Positions 25,091-37,545 of a stretch of 64,000 nt of DNA are shown here, in pieces. This DNA comes from Octopus bimaculoides (lineage: Eukaryota), in the NCBI RefSeq assembly GCF_001194135.2, contig NC_068981.1:88948850-89012849 (forward strand), given 5' to 3'. The translations under genes were made by a program, and so were the position numbers. How positions within the stretch are numbered: the stretch's first letter is position 1; each line of letters begins with the position of its first letter. The notes below the pieces were generated by a model, which searched no databases, was not told the origin of the DNA, and was given only the letters and a program-made list of their open reading frames with translations.

Positions 25091-27239
25091 AATTCAATAA
25101 CACAAGTCACACAACACATATTTTGCACAATCACAGCTGAATAATACAAAAGGAACACAAGTAATAATAACACAACGTGAAACCAGATCAATCCTCACAG
25201 CATAACAAAATGAAACATGATGATGATAATGATGATGATGATGATTTTGATGATAACAATAATAATAATGATAATGATGATGATGATGATGATGATGATG
25301 ATAAAAATAACAAATATAAGAAAAGACAACAATAGCAATAAAACTAATAATAGCAAGAAAAAAAAAAGAAAAACAACACCAACGATAATAATAAATCCAG
25401 CTTGAATAGGTCGGTAGCAAAACTGCTCTATATACGTCTGGCAGACCATTTCCAGCGTCTTCGAAAAACAGCTGAATGACATTCATATGAAATTTATATA
25501 AACTCCTTAGAAAGTGAGAATGCTAGAACAGAGTGGAAATTTACCACACAGAAATGCCACCAGGTTTCAGTTTCCATGAAAAAATGAGAACAGTGCACGA
25601 ATTACAGATATAGTAATACTAAAAGGCGATAATGGTGGATAGAAGTGAACGGAAACTGTTTCATCGACTTGCTTGTTAAATTGTGTATACGTACATACAT
25701 ACATACATACATACATACATACATACATACACACACAAACACACACACATATATATACTTAAGAAAGTTCATATCATTACAACTAAAACTGGTACAATTA
25801 AAACGATACAACATCGCCTCTTCAAAAGCTTTGGCAAATTAGGTATCAGTAGATTAAAAGGACACTCGGGATAAACGTAATACTAAGAGCAAATAACTTT
25901 CTAAGAGTATTTTCGCATACCATTCGTTGACCTTGAACGTTTTATGCATGATTTTTGAGATGTATTTTATTCTTTTTTTTAAAAAAAAAACTTTTAATAT
26001 ATTTCTAAAAGCATGTCTTATAAAGACCAGTTACGTCTATGGAAAATCTCACTGTTGTCTTATAATTGTATGCATGCTGGAAATTTATAGAGTGCTATGA
26101 AATATATATATATAGTATTTAAAAAAAAAAAACATGTTCTTCCTTAATCATTCTATACTTAAGATTTGTAAAGTTCATTAATGTAGTTCTGAATGTGCCG
26201 TCGTAGGTGAGAAAATCTTTTCAAACTATATTCTTTTTATGTACATTTCACCTCTCCTACTTAAAGACAACAATCCTAAATATGGGACAAAATGGAAGAC
26301 GTTATGTATCCGTATTATCTGGACTTTATCTACCTGCTACGGTACGACTATGTTTGTGAAGTTTTAAAACTGTTGTTGCACTTTAATATCTCTTTATATT
26401 CGTATTAGAGAAAAGTGCCTATAGCTGGCTTGAACCCTCAGTCCTTGTGAAAGAAGCATTGTAGTCGCACTACTAATCTCTGGATATATCACTTACTTTA
26501 TAATATTTATTTATCACACAATTGTCTTTAAAAAAATATTGATAATATAAATTTTGCATGTATTGTATCTGTGATTTAGTTCCATATTATCAGACAATTG
26601 TCGTACAACTAATAAAAATAAATTATAAAAACATTCGTATACTAAGTTATAATTTCGATTTCGTGTCATAGTTAATGCGTTACACATATAAACCGCAGTA
26701 AAATAATATTATGAATAAAAATAAAAATAAATCATTCGGCAAATTTAGAAATGAAAGTTAACTTTTATAATGCCTATCGTACATCATTGAAACATGAAAA
26801 ATTTACATGTCTTTGTAGCCGATGATCGGTCCTCTTTGTTGTATTACGGTAAAATATCCTCATTCTCTCATTCTCTTTACTTTATTTTCTTATCTGACCG
26901 AAGAATTACCATAACTTTTTTCTTCTTTATCTAGTCACTTGACGATCAAACTCCCCTCTTTATTGCCATTTTTATTTAGTTAACGATAAAACCACTCTAA
27001 CCCAGACCAATTCATCTTAACTAACGACAGAACTAACCAAACCAGTCTTCACTATGTCATCTACAGATAAAATTACCACCATTTGCTCCTTGATTTAAAG
27101 TTCGTTATGCACTTACTTTCCTGCTTCCAATAAATTCAGTATCTCTGAAATTTACTGGAAATAATTTTCGTTTTTGAATTTAGTAGTTTTTCTTCAAATA
27201 CTATCTTGCTGAATAATCATCACGTGTACACCACGACAT

Positions 27240-27545
27240 ATAACGCTATCGTCTTCATAAAATTTTTGCCAAAATATTCTGCTCACATTTGCTTTTCTTT
27301 TTATTTTCTAACTCTGTTTGCAACTGATAAGTCGGTTGAATGACATTTCGTTTTCTGGTGCTTTTGTGCAATGATATTTGGATCACTTCAATCTTCTTGT
27401 TCGTGTGAGTTCAATAATACAAGAGTATGATCACTTTGCGAATCTCTTAAGCGTTCTATAATATGTGATTGCAACACCTATTTCCAGTTTGTATTCCATA
27501 ATGTTGGGTTCCATCGCGTATATTCTTCTTTTCTGCTAAAACAGG

Positions 27546-27548
<3 letters not shown>
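27240..27548 (-). mobile_element. Old R4/Dong-like LINE fragment (REL endonuclease region)
   Basis: Minus strand: PVLAEK(fs)EY...KVIIL...THTNKKIE..PNIIAQKHQKTKCHSTDLSVAN, resembling degenerate RPD...LID motifs. Confidence 0.55.
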
Positions 27549-27600
<52 letters not shown>

Positions 27601-27619
27601 GTCGTCGTCGTCGTCGTCG

Positions 27620-27652
<33 letters not shown>

Positions 27653-27653
27653 A

Positions 27654-27693
<40 letters not shown>

Positions 27694-27694
27694 G

Positions 27695-27731
<37 letters not shown>
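27548..27731. repeat. (CAT)n/(CGT)n trinucleotide array
   Basis: Directly visible; it produces the poly-M/poly-T ORF 27456-27818. Confidence 0.97.
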
Positions 27732-27916
27732 TCTGGTCATTCTCCTAATCACCAACATTGTGGACGCTTTTGCCTTATTCATCGTCATCGCCGCTGCTTT
27801 CATTATCGTCAATATCATCTGTTACCCTTGTGGCAAATAAAATGTTCATTATTGCTATTTTTGATAAAATCATCATCATCATCATCATCATTATTATCAT
27901 TATTATTATTATTATA

Positions 27917-28158
27917 GACATTGTACAGTATACAATATCGTAAAGTTGTTGACTGAAGATATTGTGTCTACCGGGGGTTTGTATTGTTTGTCAAGTCACA
28001 ACAAGGACCTCAGACAGACAGTACTTTACACAATATGCGTGCAGTTCCATGTGATGCTGACTTAGCAACACACCTAGATTGTAGAGTGTTTCTAAAGTTT
28101 TCAGATGATTTTTCAGATTGGGTGGTATTGAAGCTACTGCTCTGTTGATAATTGGGAT
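27917..28158 (-). mobile_element. Very short 3' fragment of an R4/Dong-like LINE between (AAT)n arrays
   Basis: IPIINRAVASIPPNLKNHLKTLE..YNLGVL...GTA(fs), then a 3' UTR; (AAT)n on both sides. Confidence 0.7.
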
Positions 28159-28177
28159 TATTATTATTATTATTATG

Positions 28178-29397
28178 TTTTTTTTTCTTCTTTCTTCAAA
28201 TTTTCTTCCATTTCTCGCCGAATGTTTTCCGTACACCTAGGGCAGAGAAACTCGTTGTATGCATTCCTAGTTTACACACGCAAATTCACAGGTAAAACAT
28301 GTATTTAAGAAAAAAAAAATCATGAATGGATGTTGTTTTCACAGCGATAATGCTCTTCTCAGTACACGAGTCGTTCCAGTTAGCACGATTTTTTGCACTT
28401 CCTGTAGGGATGGTAAGCCTGGTATCATTTTCAAATAGGTTTCAGTACCTTTTTTTTATCATTCCTAGAGATCCTACAATCACTGGTATGGTAGTCGCCT
28501 TGAGGTGCNNNNNNNNNNNNNNNNNNNNNNNNNNNNNNNNNNNNNNNNNNNNNNNNNNNNNNNNNNNNNNNNNNNNNNNNNNNNNNNNNNNNNNNNNNNN
28601 NNNNNNNNNNNNNNNNNNNNNNNNNNNNNNNNNNNNNNNNNNNNNNNNNNNNNNNNNNNNNNNNNNNNNNNNNNNNNNNNNNNNNNNNNNNNNNNNNNNN
28701 NNNNNNNNNNNNNNNNNNNNNNNNNNNNNNNNNNNNNNNNNNNNNNNNNNNNNNNNNNNNNNNNNNNNNNNNNNNNNNNNNNNNNNNNNNNNNNNNNNNN
28801 NNNNNNNNNNNNNNNNNNNNNNNNNNNNNNNNNNNNNNNNNNNNNNNNNNNNNNNNNNNNNNNNNNNNNNNNNNNNNNNNNNNNNNNNNNNNNNNNNNNN
28901 NNNNNNNNNNNNNNNNNNNNNNNNNNNNNNNNNNNNNNNNNNNNNNNNNNNNNNNNNNNNNNNNNNNNNNNNNNNNNNNNNNNNNNNNNNNNNNNNNNNN
29001 NNNNNNNNNNNNNNNNNNNNNNNNNNNNNNNNNNNNNNNNNNNNNNNNNNNNNNNNNNNNNNNNNNNNNNNNNNAAACCTTCACTCTCTGCTTTTAGCCC
29101 TGAACTTCGTAACCACTGATGCGTGCGTTTCTGGTTGACATCAGCTTGTTTGCTACGAGCCACATACTTGCCATGCAGAGGTTTCTGTTCCCATCTGCTA
29201 GCTAATTTTTCATGTGCTTTTGTCTTTGCAATTAATTTTATTTTCTTTGCAGCAGCAGTTGGCGCATGTCCTTCAACCTGATCAAGCTGGTTGGTATCTA
29301 AGAGTTCGGTAGTGAATTTTTTGCTCTCTTTCAGAATAGAGTGAAGTTTTTTCGGTCTTTCATGTTTCAGCATCCAATCGTTAGTTGTTTCAAGGTA

Positions 29398-29400
<3 letters not shown>
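28178..29400 (-). mobile_element. 5'-truncated R4/Dong-like LINE, with internal gap
   Basis: YLETTNDWMLKHERPKKLHSILKESKKF...WEQKPLHGKY...QWLRSSGLKAESEG [gap] HLKATTIPVIVGSLGMIKK(fs)GTETYL...VQKIVLTGTTRVLRRALSL-stop. 3' UTR ends in an A-run then (AAT)n. Confidence 0.88.
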
Positions 29401-29450
<50 letters not shown>

Positions 29451-29627
29451 CTGGCGAGCTAGCAAAATCGTTAGCTTAGCGGTATTTCGCCCGTCGTTAC
29501 GTTCTCTGTTCAAATTCCACTGAGGTCGACTTTACTTGTCATCCTTTCGGACTGGTCGCCTCTCCATAAATTTCAGGACTTGTACCTTTAGTAGAAAGGA
29601 TTGTTATTATTATTATTATTATTATTA

Positions 29628-29670
<43 letters not shown>
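29398..29670. repeat. (ATT)n array interrupted by a SINE
   Basis: Directly visible. Confidence 0.95.
29452..29601 (+). mobile_element. SINE type B inside (ATT)n, internally deleted
   Basis: tggcgagctagcaaaatcgttagc...ttcaaattccactgaggtcgacttt...cttgtacctttagtagaaaggatt. Confidence 0.85.
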
Positions 29671-30306
29671 CTAACAACTCCACCATGGTAAATAATGACG
29701 TTATCAGCAACAAATAAGCAACCATTCCTGCATTATATAATGAATATAACATCCGATGTGAATGATGGTGATGATGATGATGATGATGATGATAATGATA
29801 TTAAAGATTTGGAAGGGCGCGTATATATTGATAAGATACGCACATATCTACACACATACGCACACACATATGCATATGCATATATATTTATGGTCATATA
29901 TATATGAAATATAGATGTTTGCAATATATGTGTGTATAAATATGCATATATATATATGTATGCAAACACGCACACACACATACACCCCACACGCGCGCGC
30001 GCACATACAAATGTTTGGATGAAGACAGAAATAGATGCTGACATGTCCTACGGGAAAAAGAATTTTGCATAAACATTAATGATTTGAAAAAAAAAATAAT
30101 GATTTAAATTATTTATAAGAAGAGAAAAGCAACGACAATATATCCTATCTACAGAATCTAATATTAGAACTAACTCAGAGGGTTATTGTAAAATACGAAT
30201 CGTGTGGTAACTCATTCCGTTTCAACTCAAATTTCATATTTTTTCGATCTGACATAAAAGTATATCAGATCGTAATTATTTTCACAGTATGTTTCATTTG
30301 TACGTA

Positions 30307-30462
30307 TGATACTGTATCTGCATGCTAAGTGTATTTATGTGCAGATATGCCTTTTACGTATACATAAGTATTCGTGTGTATATATCAATGAAAATATGCA
30401 TATATGCACATAAAAATGAAAATGAATGTGTTCTTAAATCACTGCATAAACACACACAGAAA

Positions 30463-30480
<18 letters not shown>
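30307..30480 (+). repeat. ~170-bp local direct repeat, copy 1 (copy 2 at 32604-32790)
   Basis: tgatactgtatctgcatgctaagtgtatttatgtgcagatatgcc... is shared, with scattered differences; offset about 2297 bp. Confidence 0.9.
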
Positions 30481-30502
<22 letters not shown>

Positions 30503-30714
30503 TCCATATATATATATATATATATATANNNNNNNNNNNNNNNNNNNNNNNNNNNNNNNNNNNNNNNNNNNNNNNNNNNNNNNNNNNNNNNNNNNNNNNN
30601 NNNNNNNNNNNNNNNNNNNNNNNNNNNNNNNNNNNNNNNNNNNNNNNNNNNNNNNNNNNNNNNNNNNNNNNNNNNNNNNNNNNNNNNNNNNNNNNNNNNN
30701 NNNNNNNNNNNNNN

Positions 30715-30766
<52 letters not shown>

Positions 30767-30946
30767 TTCCTTGTATACTTCATAAGTTATGTACATTGAG
30801 TGAAAGATATATTCAAGGCTACATTGAAATATAGCGATATTCTATATGTTAATCTACATTACCGCACCGACGTTTATAACAATGGAAAGAACATGACAAT
30901 TGCAACACGTATATAAATAGCATATGTAAGAAAACATTATCACTAA

Positions 30947-32520
30947 CATGCTGGGGAAAAGACTTAGCGGCATTTCGTCCATCTTTTCGCTGTGAGTTCA
31001 AATGTTACCGAGGTAGATTATGCCTTTCATCCTTCGAGATCGATAAAATAAGCGCTAGACGTAACCCCTCCTTCAGACTGCTGGGTTTGTGCCAAATTTG
31101 AAACCATATAGGCAGTGAGTGACCAGAATTGTTAGCATGCCGGTGAAAAATGCTTAGCGATATTTCGTTCGTCTTTACGTTCTAAGTTCAAATTCTGCCA
31201 TGGTCCACTTTACTTGTCATCCTTTTGGTAATCAATAAAATACGTACCTGTTTAGTACTAGAGTCGATGTGATTGATTTAATCCATATTCCGATCTTGCT
31301 GTCCTTGTGCCATAAATTGAAATAATGGTCATTATATCAATAATCCTTTCTACAATTGGCACAAAGCCGGAAATTTGGGAGGAGGGGATGAGTCGATTAG
31401 ATCGACGCCAGTATGCAAATGGTACTTAATTTATCGACCCGGAATTTGAACTCAGAACGTAGCGACAAGCGAAATACCACTAAGCATTTCGTCTAGCGTG
31501 CTACCGATTCTACCAGCTCGCCGCCTAATGATGGTAATAATAATAATAATTATTATTAAGGCAACGAGCTGACAGAATCGTTAGCACACTGGACGAAATG
31601 CTTAACGGTATTTCGCCCGTCACTACGTTCTGAGTTCAAATTCCGCCGAGGTCAACTTTGCCTTTCAGCCCTTCGGAGTCGATACATTAGGTACCAGTGA
31701 AACACCCGGGTCGATTTAATTAACTGGTCCTCTTCCCTAAAATTTCAAGCCTTGTACCTTTAGCAGAAAGGATTATTATCATTATTAATGTAGCGAGTTG
31801 GCAGAACCCTTAGCACGTTGGGCAAAATTCTTTCTGTTTTTTTGGCGGTCTTTACGCCTTGAGTTCTAACACTGCCGAGGTCGATTTTGACTTTCATCCT
31901 TTAGGGGACGATAAAATATGCACCAGTTGAGCATTGGAGTCGTTGTAATCGACTTAGCCACTCCGCTGAATCTGCTGGCCTTGCGCCAACATTTGAAAAC
32001 ATTATTATTAATAAGTTAACTGTGTGGTAAGTAGCTTGCTTACCAACCACATGGTTCCGGGTTCAGTTCCACTGCGTGGCATCTTGGGCAAGTGTCTTCT
32101 ACTATAGCCTCGGGCCGACCAAAGCCTTGTGAGTGGATTTGGTAGACGGAAACTGAAAGAAGCCCGTCGTATATATGTATATATCTATATGTGTGTGTGT
32201 CTGTGTTTGTCCCCCCAATATTGCTTGACAACCGATGCTGGTGTGTTTACGTCCCCGTAACCCAGCGGTTCGGCAAAAGAGACCGATAGAATAAGTACTA
32301 GGCTTCCAAAGAATAAGTCCTGGGGTCGATTTGCTCGACTAAAGGCGGTGCTCCAGCATGGCCGCAGTCAAATGACTGAAACAAGTAAAAGAGTAAAGAG
32401 TAAGAGTAAGTTGTCAGAATTTTTAGCGTCTCAGACAGAATGCGCCGCAGTAATTCTTGCGGCTATTTTTATAATATGTTCTAATACTGCCGAGGACAAC
32501 TTTTGCCTTTCATCCATTCT
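30947..32520. mobile_element. SINE pile: B+ 30947-31106, B+ 31109-31325, B- 31343-31526, B+ 31559-31778, B+ 31788-32000, A+ 32020-32410, B+ stub 32410-32520
   Basis: Mutual similarity of heads, cores and tails; copies are joined through short (ATT)n tails. Confidence 0.88.
32020..32410 (+). mobile_element. Best-preserved SINE type A copy
   Basis: tRNA-like head (ctgtgtggtaag...ccgggttcagttcca), internal (TA)/(TG) tract, (AAGAGT)n-like tail. Confidence 0.9.
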
Positions 32521-32829
32521 GTGAAGTTTATCTATATTGGAAATTATTTGGGTAGGCTGCATTGTTGAAGTGAATTGACCGGAATAGTTTCTGACCTAAA
32601 GAGTGATACTGTATCTGCATGCTAAGTGTATTTATGTGCAGATATGCCTTTGGCGTATACATAAGTATTCGTGTGTATATATCAATGAATATATGCATAT
32701 ATGCATATATGCACATAATAATGAAAATGAATATGTGTTATTAATCACTGTATAAACACACACAAAAACACCTCACACATATATACACACACACAAACAT
32801 TAACTAGTAGCGCGACATTTGGGACTGAG

Positions 32830-33430
32830 GTCTACAATAGGGTGTGGAAAGCAAGAAAATGTGCTTCGATCAGCAAAGTATTACACAAGGATTAATATCG
32901 ACAGAGGTGTACAAAGCAGAGGAATTCTACAAATTTGGAGGTGATTTTCATGACGAGCTGGATGCAATCTTAATTGGCAAGAGTCCCTGCAAGTCAAGTA
33001 ATTTATGAAAGCGTACATAGCTTTCATGATAATTTATGTCTAAAAGTTGTGATGGTCGACAAACGCTTCAAGGTTGCCGATAATAGATGAATTGATAACG
33101 GTGTTGTAAGCAGGTTTGCTTGTGAGTCACCTAGGTATCTTTGGATTGCAAACTTTAGTTGTATGGAGAATGTCAAGAGACATACGCAGGTGAATTATGT
33201 TATTCACTAGCTTAGTTATCGCATATTTGTCAGAATTGCAGTAAATTTTCTGCCAATAAGAGTCAGCGTATAAATAACGTAGCTCCGACCAGTTATCTGA
33301 TTCCAAGCGCTAGATGTTAGCTTGGTTTGAGGATCAATAATATATGGAGAGCAAAGGTGATAGTCAATGATACGAGTAGGAGGGGAGAACGTTTGCTCTG
33401 ATATTACAGAATCTTCTGAAAGTAAGAGGC
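32830..33430 (-). mobile_element. Very old LINE remnant (CR1/L2/Jockey-group-like endonuclease-RT linker)
   Basis: Minus strand NWSELRYLYADSYWQKIYCNSD...IIHLRMSLDILHT..NPKIPR resembles this linker from recall only. Confidence 0.35.
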
Positions 33431-34127
33431 TTTAATAATCACTGAGCTAATTTTGTTTTCGGAAACAGACTTGTATTAAGTAGTCTGAATATCAAGTAAT
33501 CGGTTCAGTTTTCCTCATTGTTTCAACGTAGATAAGCTACGTGTGTGAAAAACGACATGAAATGTTTCAACGACAATAGATTTACTCTCGCACACGTAAA
33601 TACAAAGTAAATAAGCTATTTTCATGAAACGGTGACTATAATAATTAGTAGCACAAAATTCAGTCCAATTTTGACTACTTATGAATAATATTATAGTCAT
33701 ATTTTAACTTCGGCATAATAACAGTTAAATATATCTTATGCTTATACAACGAATGATAAAAGTGTTCTGTTTAAGATACTCCATTATGTTTATATTTTCG
33801 TTTTATCATAGAAATGAAAAAAATGTGTGGTTTCGGTTTATGTATCATGTATATATAGATATCACTGGCTATATATCGACTTGCATTAACGCTGCTTTGA
33901 TGTATGATAAACTTAAAAGCCATTTGTAAACAAATATATAAAATGGGAGTCAATCAAAGAAATTTTGTGCAGTTCATCAACCTGTTCAATATAGCGATCA
34001 AACACATTACCATTTGGTTAAGTTAGCGTTAACCCATTTAGTGCTAGGGGACACTAAAATTTCTAACAAGAAATAATCATGAGTTGAGAAAAAGCATATT
34101 ATTCAATTAATAATATCTATATTAAAT

Positions 34128-34700
34128 AAGGCGGCGAGCTAGCGGAATCGTTAGCTCGGTGGGCAAAATGCTCAAAATACGTTCTAAGTTCAAACGTTGC
34201 CGAGGTCAGCTTTGCTTTTCAGCCTTTCAGAGTCGATGCAATAAGTACCAGTTGAGCACAGCGTTCGTTGTAATCAACTTGCTCCCTCCATGAAAACTTC
34301 AAGGCTTGTGCCTATAACAGAAAGGAATAGTTATATTAATTAAATAAGGCAGTGAGCTGGTAAAATGGTTGGCCCGCCAGGCAAAATACTTAGCAGCACC
34401 TGGGGCAATATCTTCCAGTGTCTTGTGACCAATGCCTTCGAAATGAATTTAGTAGCATTTAATATTAATGTAAATTCAAAGGTGGCGAGCTTGCACACTT
34501 GATAGCATGCCGGGCAAAATGCTGAGTGACATTTCATTCGTCTTTACTTTCAAAGTTCAAATTCCGCTGTGGTTGACTTTGCTCTTCACCCTCTCGCGGT
34601 CGGTCAAATAAGTACTAGTCGAATACTGGGGTCGATGTAATCGACTTAGATTCTTCCTTAAATTGCTGACTTTGTGTCAAAATTTAAGACCGATATTAAT
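34128..34700 (+). mobile_element. Tandem SINE type B copies (34128-34325, head 34345-34395, 34480-34700) with an A-like stub
   Basis: Repeated aaggcggcgagct...aatcgttagc heads and gaggtc..ctttgc..ttca.cc cores. Confidence 0.8.
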
Positions 34701-35645
34701 GAAAATTTAGTATTTTCTTTATTTATGCAGGGGATATTCCAAATAGAAATATATTTACATCGATTACAAAATAAACTCATCGATATTACCTATGCAGAAC
34801 GGGTATGGCCTTGATGTTGATCATTTGCTGAAATTTTACTTTAACAAATATTCATATTTGTAAATTGGGAACTCTAAATTACTCGGTTTACTCGGAGCTG
34901 TAGATTGGTAGCATGCTAGAAAAGACGATTGGTAACATAAAATAACAAAACATCATCATCATAATCAACAACAACAAAGCATGCTACATAGACAGCCATA
35001 TACGTATATCTCATCCAATAATCCCGTTATATGATTACCATTGCCACCATAATATCGATCATTCAACATTACTCTTGATCATCCGAGCTGTTGTATAGGA
35101 GGATTGGAGCATATCATTTCAAGCTCCACCATATATACATGCATGTCTAAATCAGAATATATAACAGTTCATTAAAATATATTTATCAATATATTTATTA
35201 TTTTTGATGGGAAGTGTGATCATGTACCAGGTTTCATGTGGAATGAGAACATATTTTCATCTTGGCACCTACAGTATTTTCTTTATTTGTTCCCACTTCG
35301 AATACCCAGTGTTTCAGTCAGTTTTTGCAGATACTACTAGAATGAATTTATTCCTGGAGCTTTTATTTCTAAGGTATGGATACTTACGCCATTAAACACT
35401 GGTCCAGTGTTTTTGATTCTATGAAGACTAAAAAAGTGAGTGGAGTGGACTAATTGCTTTATCCAATACAAACGCTGCTTTCATTTGGGTCAAATGATTT
35501 CTGTGAAAAAGAATTTTCTACATAAGTAAATATAAAATTTGTCAACAGGAAATTTGAAAGGTGACATACTAAGGATTCTACTCAAAAATCAATTTTATCA
35601 TGAAACATAACCAACATTATTATATTTTATATTTCTCTACTTGTT

Positions 35646-35825
35646 AAGGCGGCGAATCGGCAGACTTGTTATAATGTTGGGAAACTTTCTGAGTTCAAAT
35701 TCTGCCGCGGTCTACTTTGCTATTCATCATTTCGGGGTCGATGAAATATGTACCAGTTGAAAATTGGGGGCCTATATTATCAATTCCCCCGAAAATTCTG
35801 GCCTTGTACCAAAAGTCGAAATCAA
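35646..35825 (+). mobile_element. SINE type B
   Basis: aaggcggcgaatcggcaga...ctgagttcaaattctgccg...ggggtcgat...ggccttgtaccaaaagtcgaaatca. Confidence 0.8.
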
Positions 35826-37476
35826 TATTTCACTATATATATCTTCTTTCGGTTTAATTATGAACATTGTATTTCCAATATTTCATATTTTTCCAACACA
35901 AAAGAGCATAAAGATGACTTATATCGATGCAAACACTGCTTTGCCTTCTCATAAATTTGTCGGTTTGAGAACAGCTGCATTAGTCTACTGACGCATGTAC
36001 TTTACAATACTTTTAGGTTAAATTAATTTTTCAGTCAAGAGTACTGTATTAATCTGATGTCAGTGCTGTGCTTAAGATTAGGTTATCAGGTAGCTCTATA
36101 TGTACTGCTGGTTTAAATTCTCTATGTTTCCACTATGGTTTTTAATGTATTATTGAAATTCTATACACATAGTTTCTTTTTTTGTCCCACATATGTAAAG
36201 CCATTCTTGACTAAATGTTTCTTCTCTGATTTGGGATTTTCAGTGTTTTACTATTCTTACCTCTTGCGGTTTCATAGTTCCTCATTCACAGTTTGTTTTC
36301 TAACTTAGAAAAATCAAATTGATATCTTACAATGAGCTTGCTGACCCCCTCAATATGTCCAGCTCAATTTGTTTGTATATAATGAAATATAAACTAAATA
36401 ACCGTAGCATAATACATCAATTGTACATGCGTTAGTGGCCTACGGAAAAGAGCATTACGAAATTTCACTTAAAAATAAGATTCGAATCCGAAACCAGTTC
36501 AGTGTTATGTACGTAAATAGGAATAATACATTTGATGACAAATGAGGATCGAATCGTCTTACAGATCTAATTACTAAATCAAGATTTCATCTCTAAAGAT
36601 AATGGCCCGAAGAATTATAATTGAACATAGTAGTTATCTGTCTGTTTCTTTTACTATTATACTCTTTCTCACATTTATTATTTCGCTTTTTACTCACCGG
36701 TTTTCTTGCTTACTCTTTCGATCATCTTCTCTTAATGACTTGGTAAAAGTTCAAAAGAGCTATGCCTCAACACTCTCATCAGGCTAATAGCCTACTTATA
36801 ATAATGATTTCAAAGTAGATATTGCGTGTTATTGTTGAAGCAAGCATAAGACAGTTGGAGATGTTATATTCCATCATGTGACTGTTTTAACCTTCCTAAC
36901 ATCACATAGCTTCATTATTAAATCTGAAATTTCTCTCTAAAAGCTACAACTATGAATAATCTCCCTACATTTTGTGCTATGCACTAATGCCCCAACACAT
37001 GAATATCCACACACATAGACACATTTGCATATACACAGACGTATATATGATTGATTGTGTACGTATATGTTTGCTGGTGTGTTTGCATGTTAGAAATGAA
37101 GCTAAAGATTCCATTTATCTTATATTTAATGCAAGAAATTCAAGAAGTAATCACATGACCCACTCAACACGTTTTGTATATAAACACATCACAGTAAAAG
37201 TATAAAAAAGACAGTTTGTGCAGAGTGTTATTGTAGATCTAGTTGATATTAACCCCACGTCAGCTTTATCGTGCAGACGTTAGAAAATTTCAGAAATGAC
37301 CATCCTGCCGTTCTTAGGCAAAATATACCTTGCACCACATAGTGCACTTTGCATTTTTAAGATGATGTGATACGAAGTATATTTGGCTAATATTTATCGC
37401 TGGATGAGCGACCAAGTGGTTTGCAAGGTTTTGTTAATCATCCCCAGACTGGCAGCAATTTATTATATATATATAT

Positions 37477-37545
<69 letters not shown>

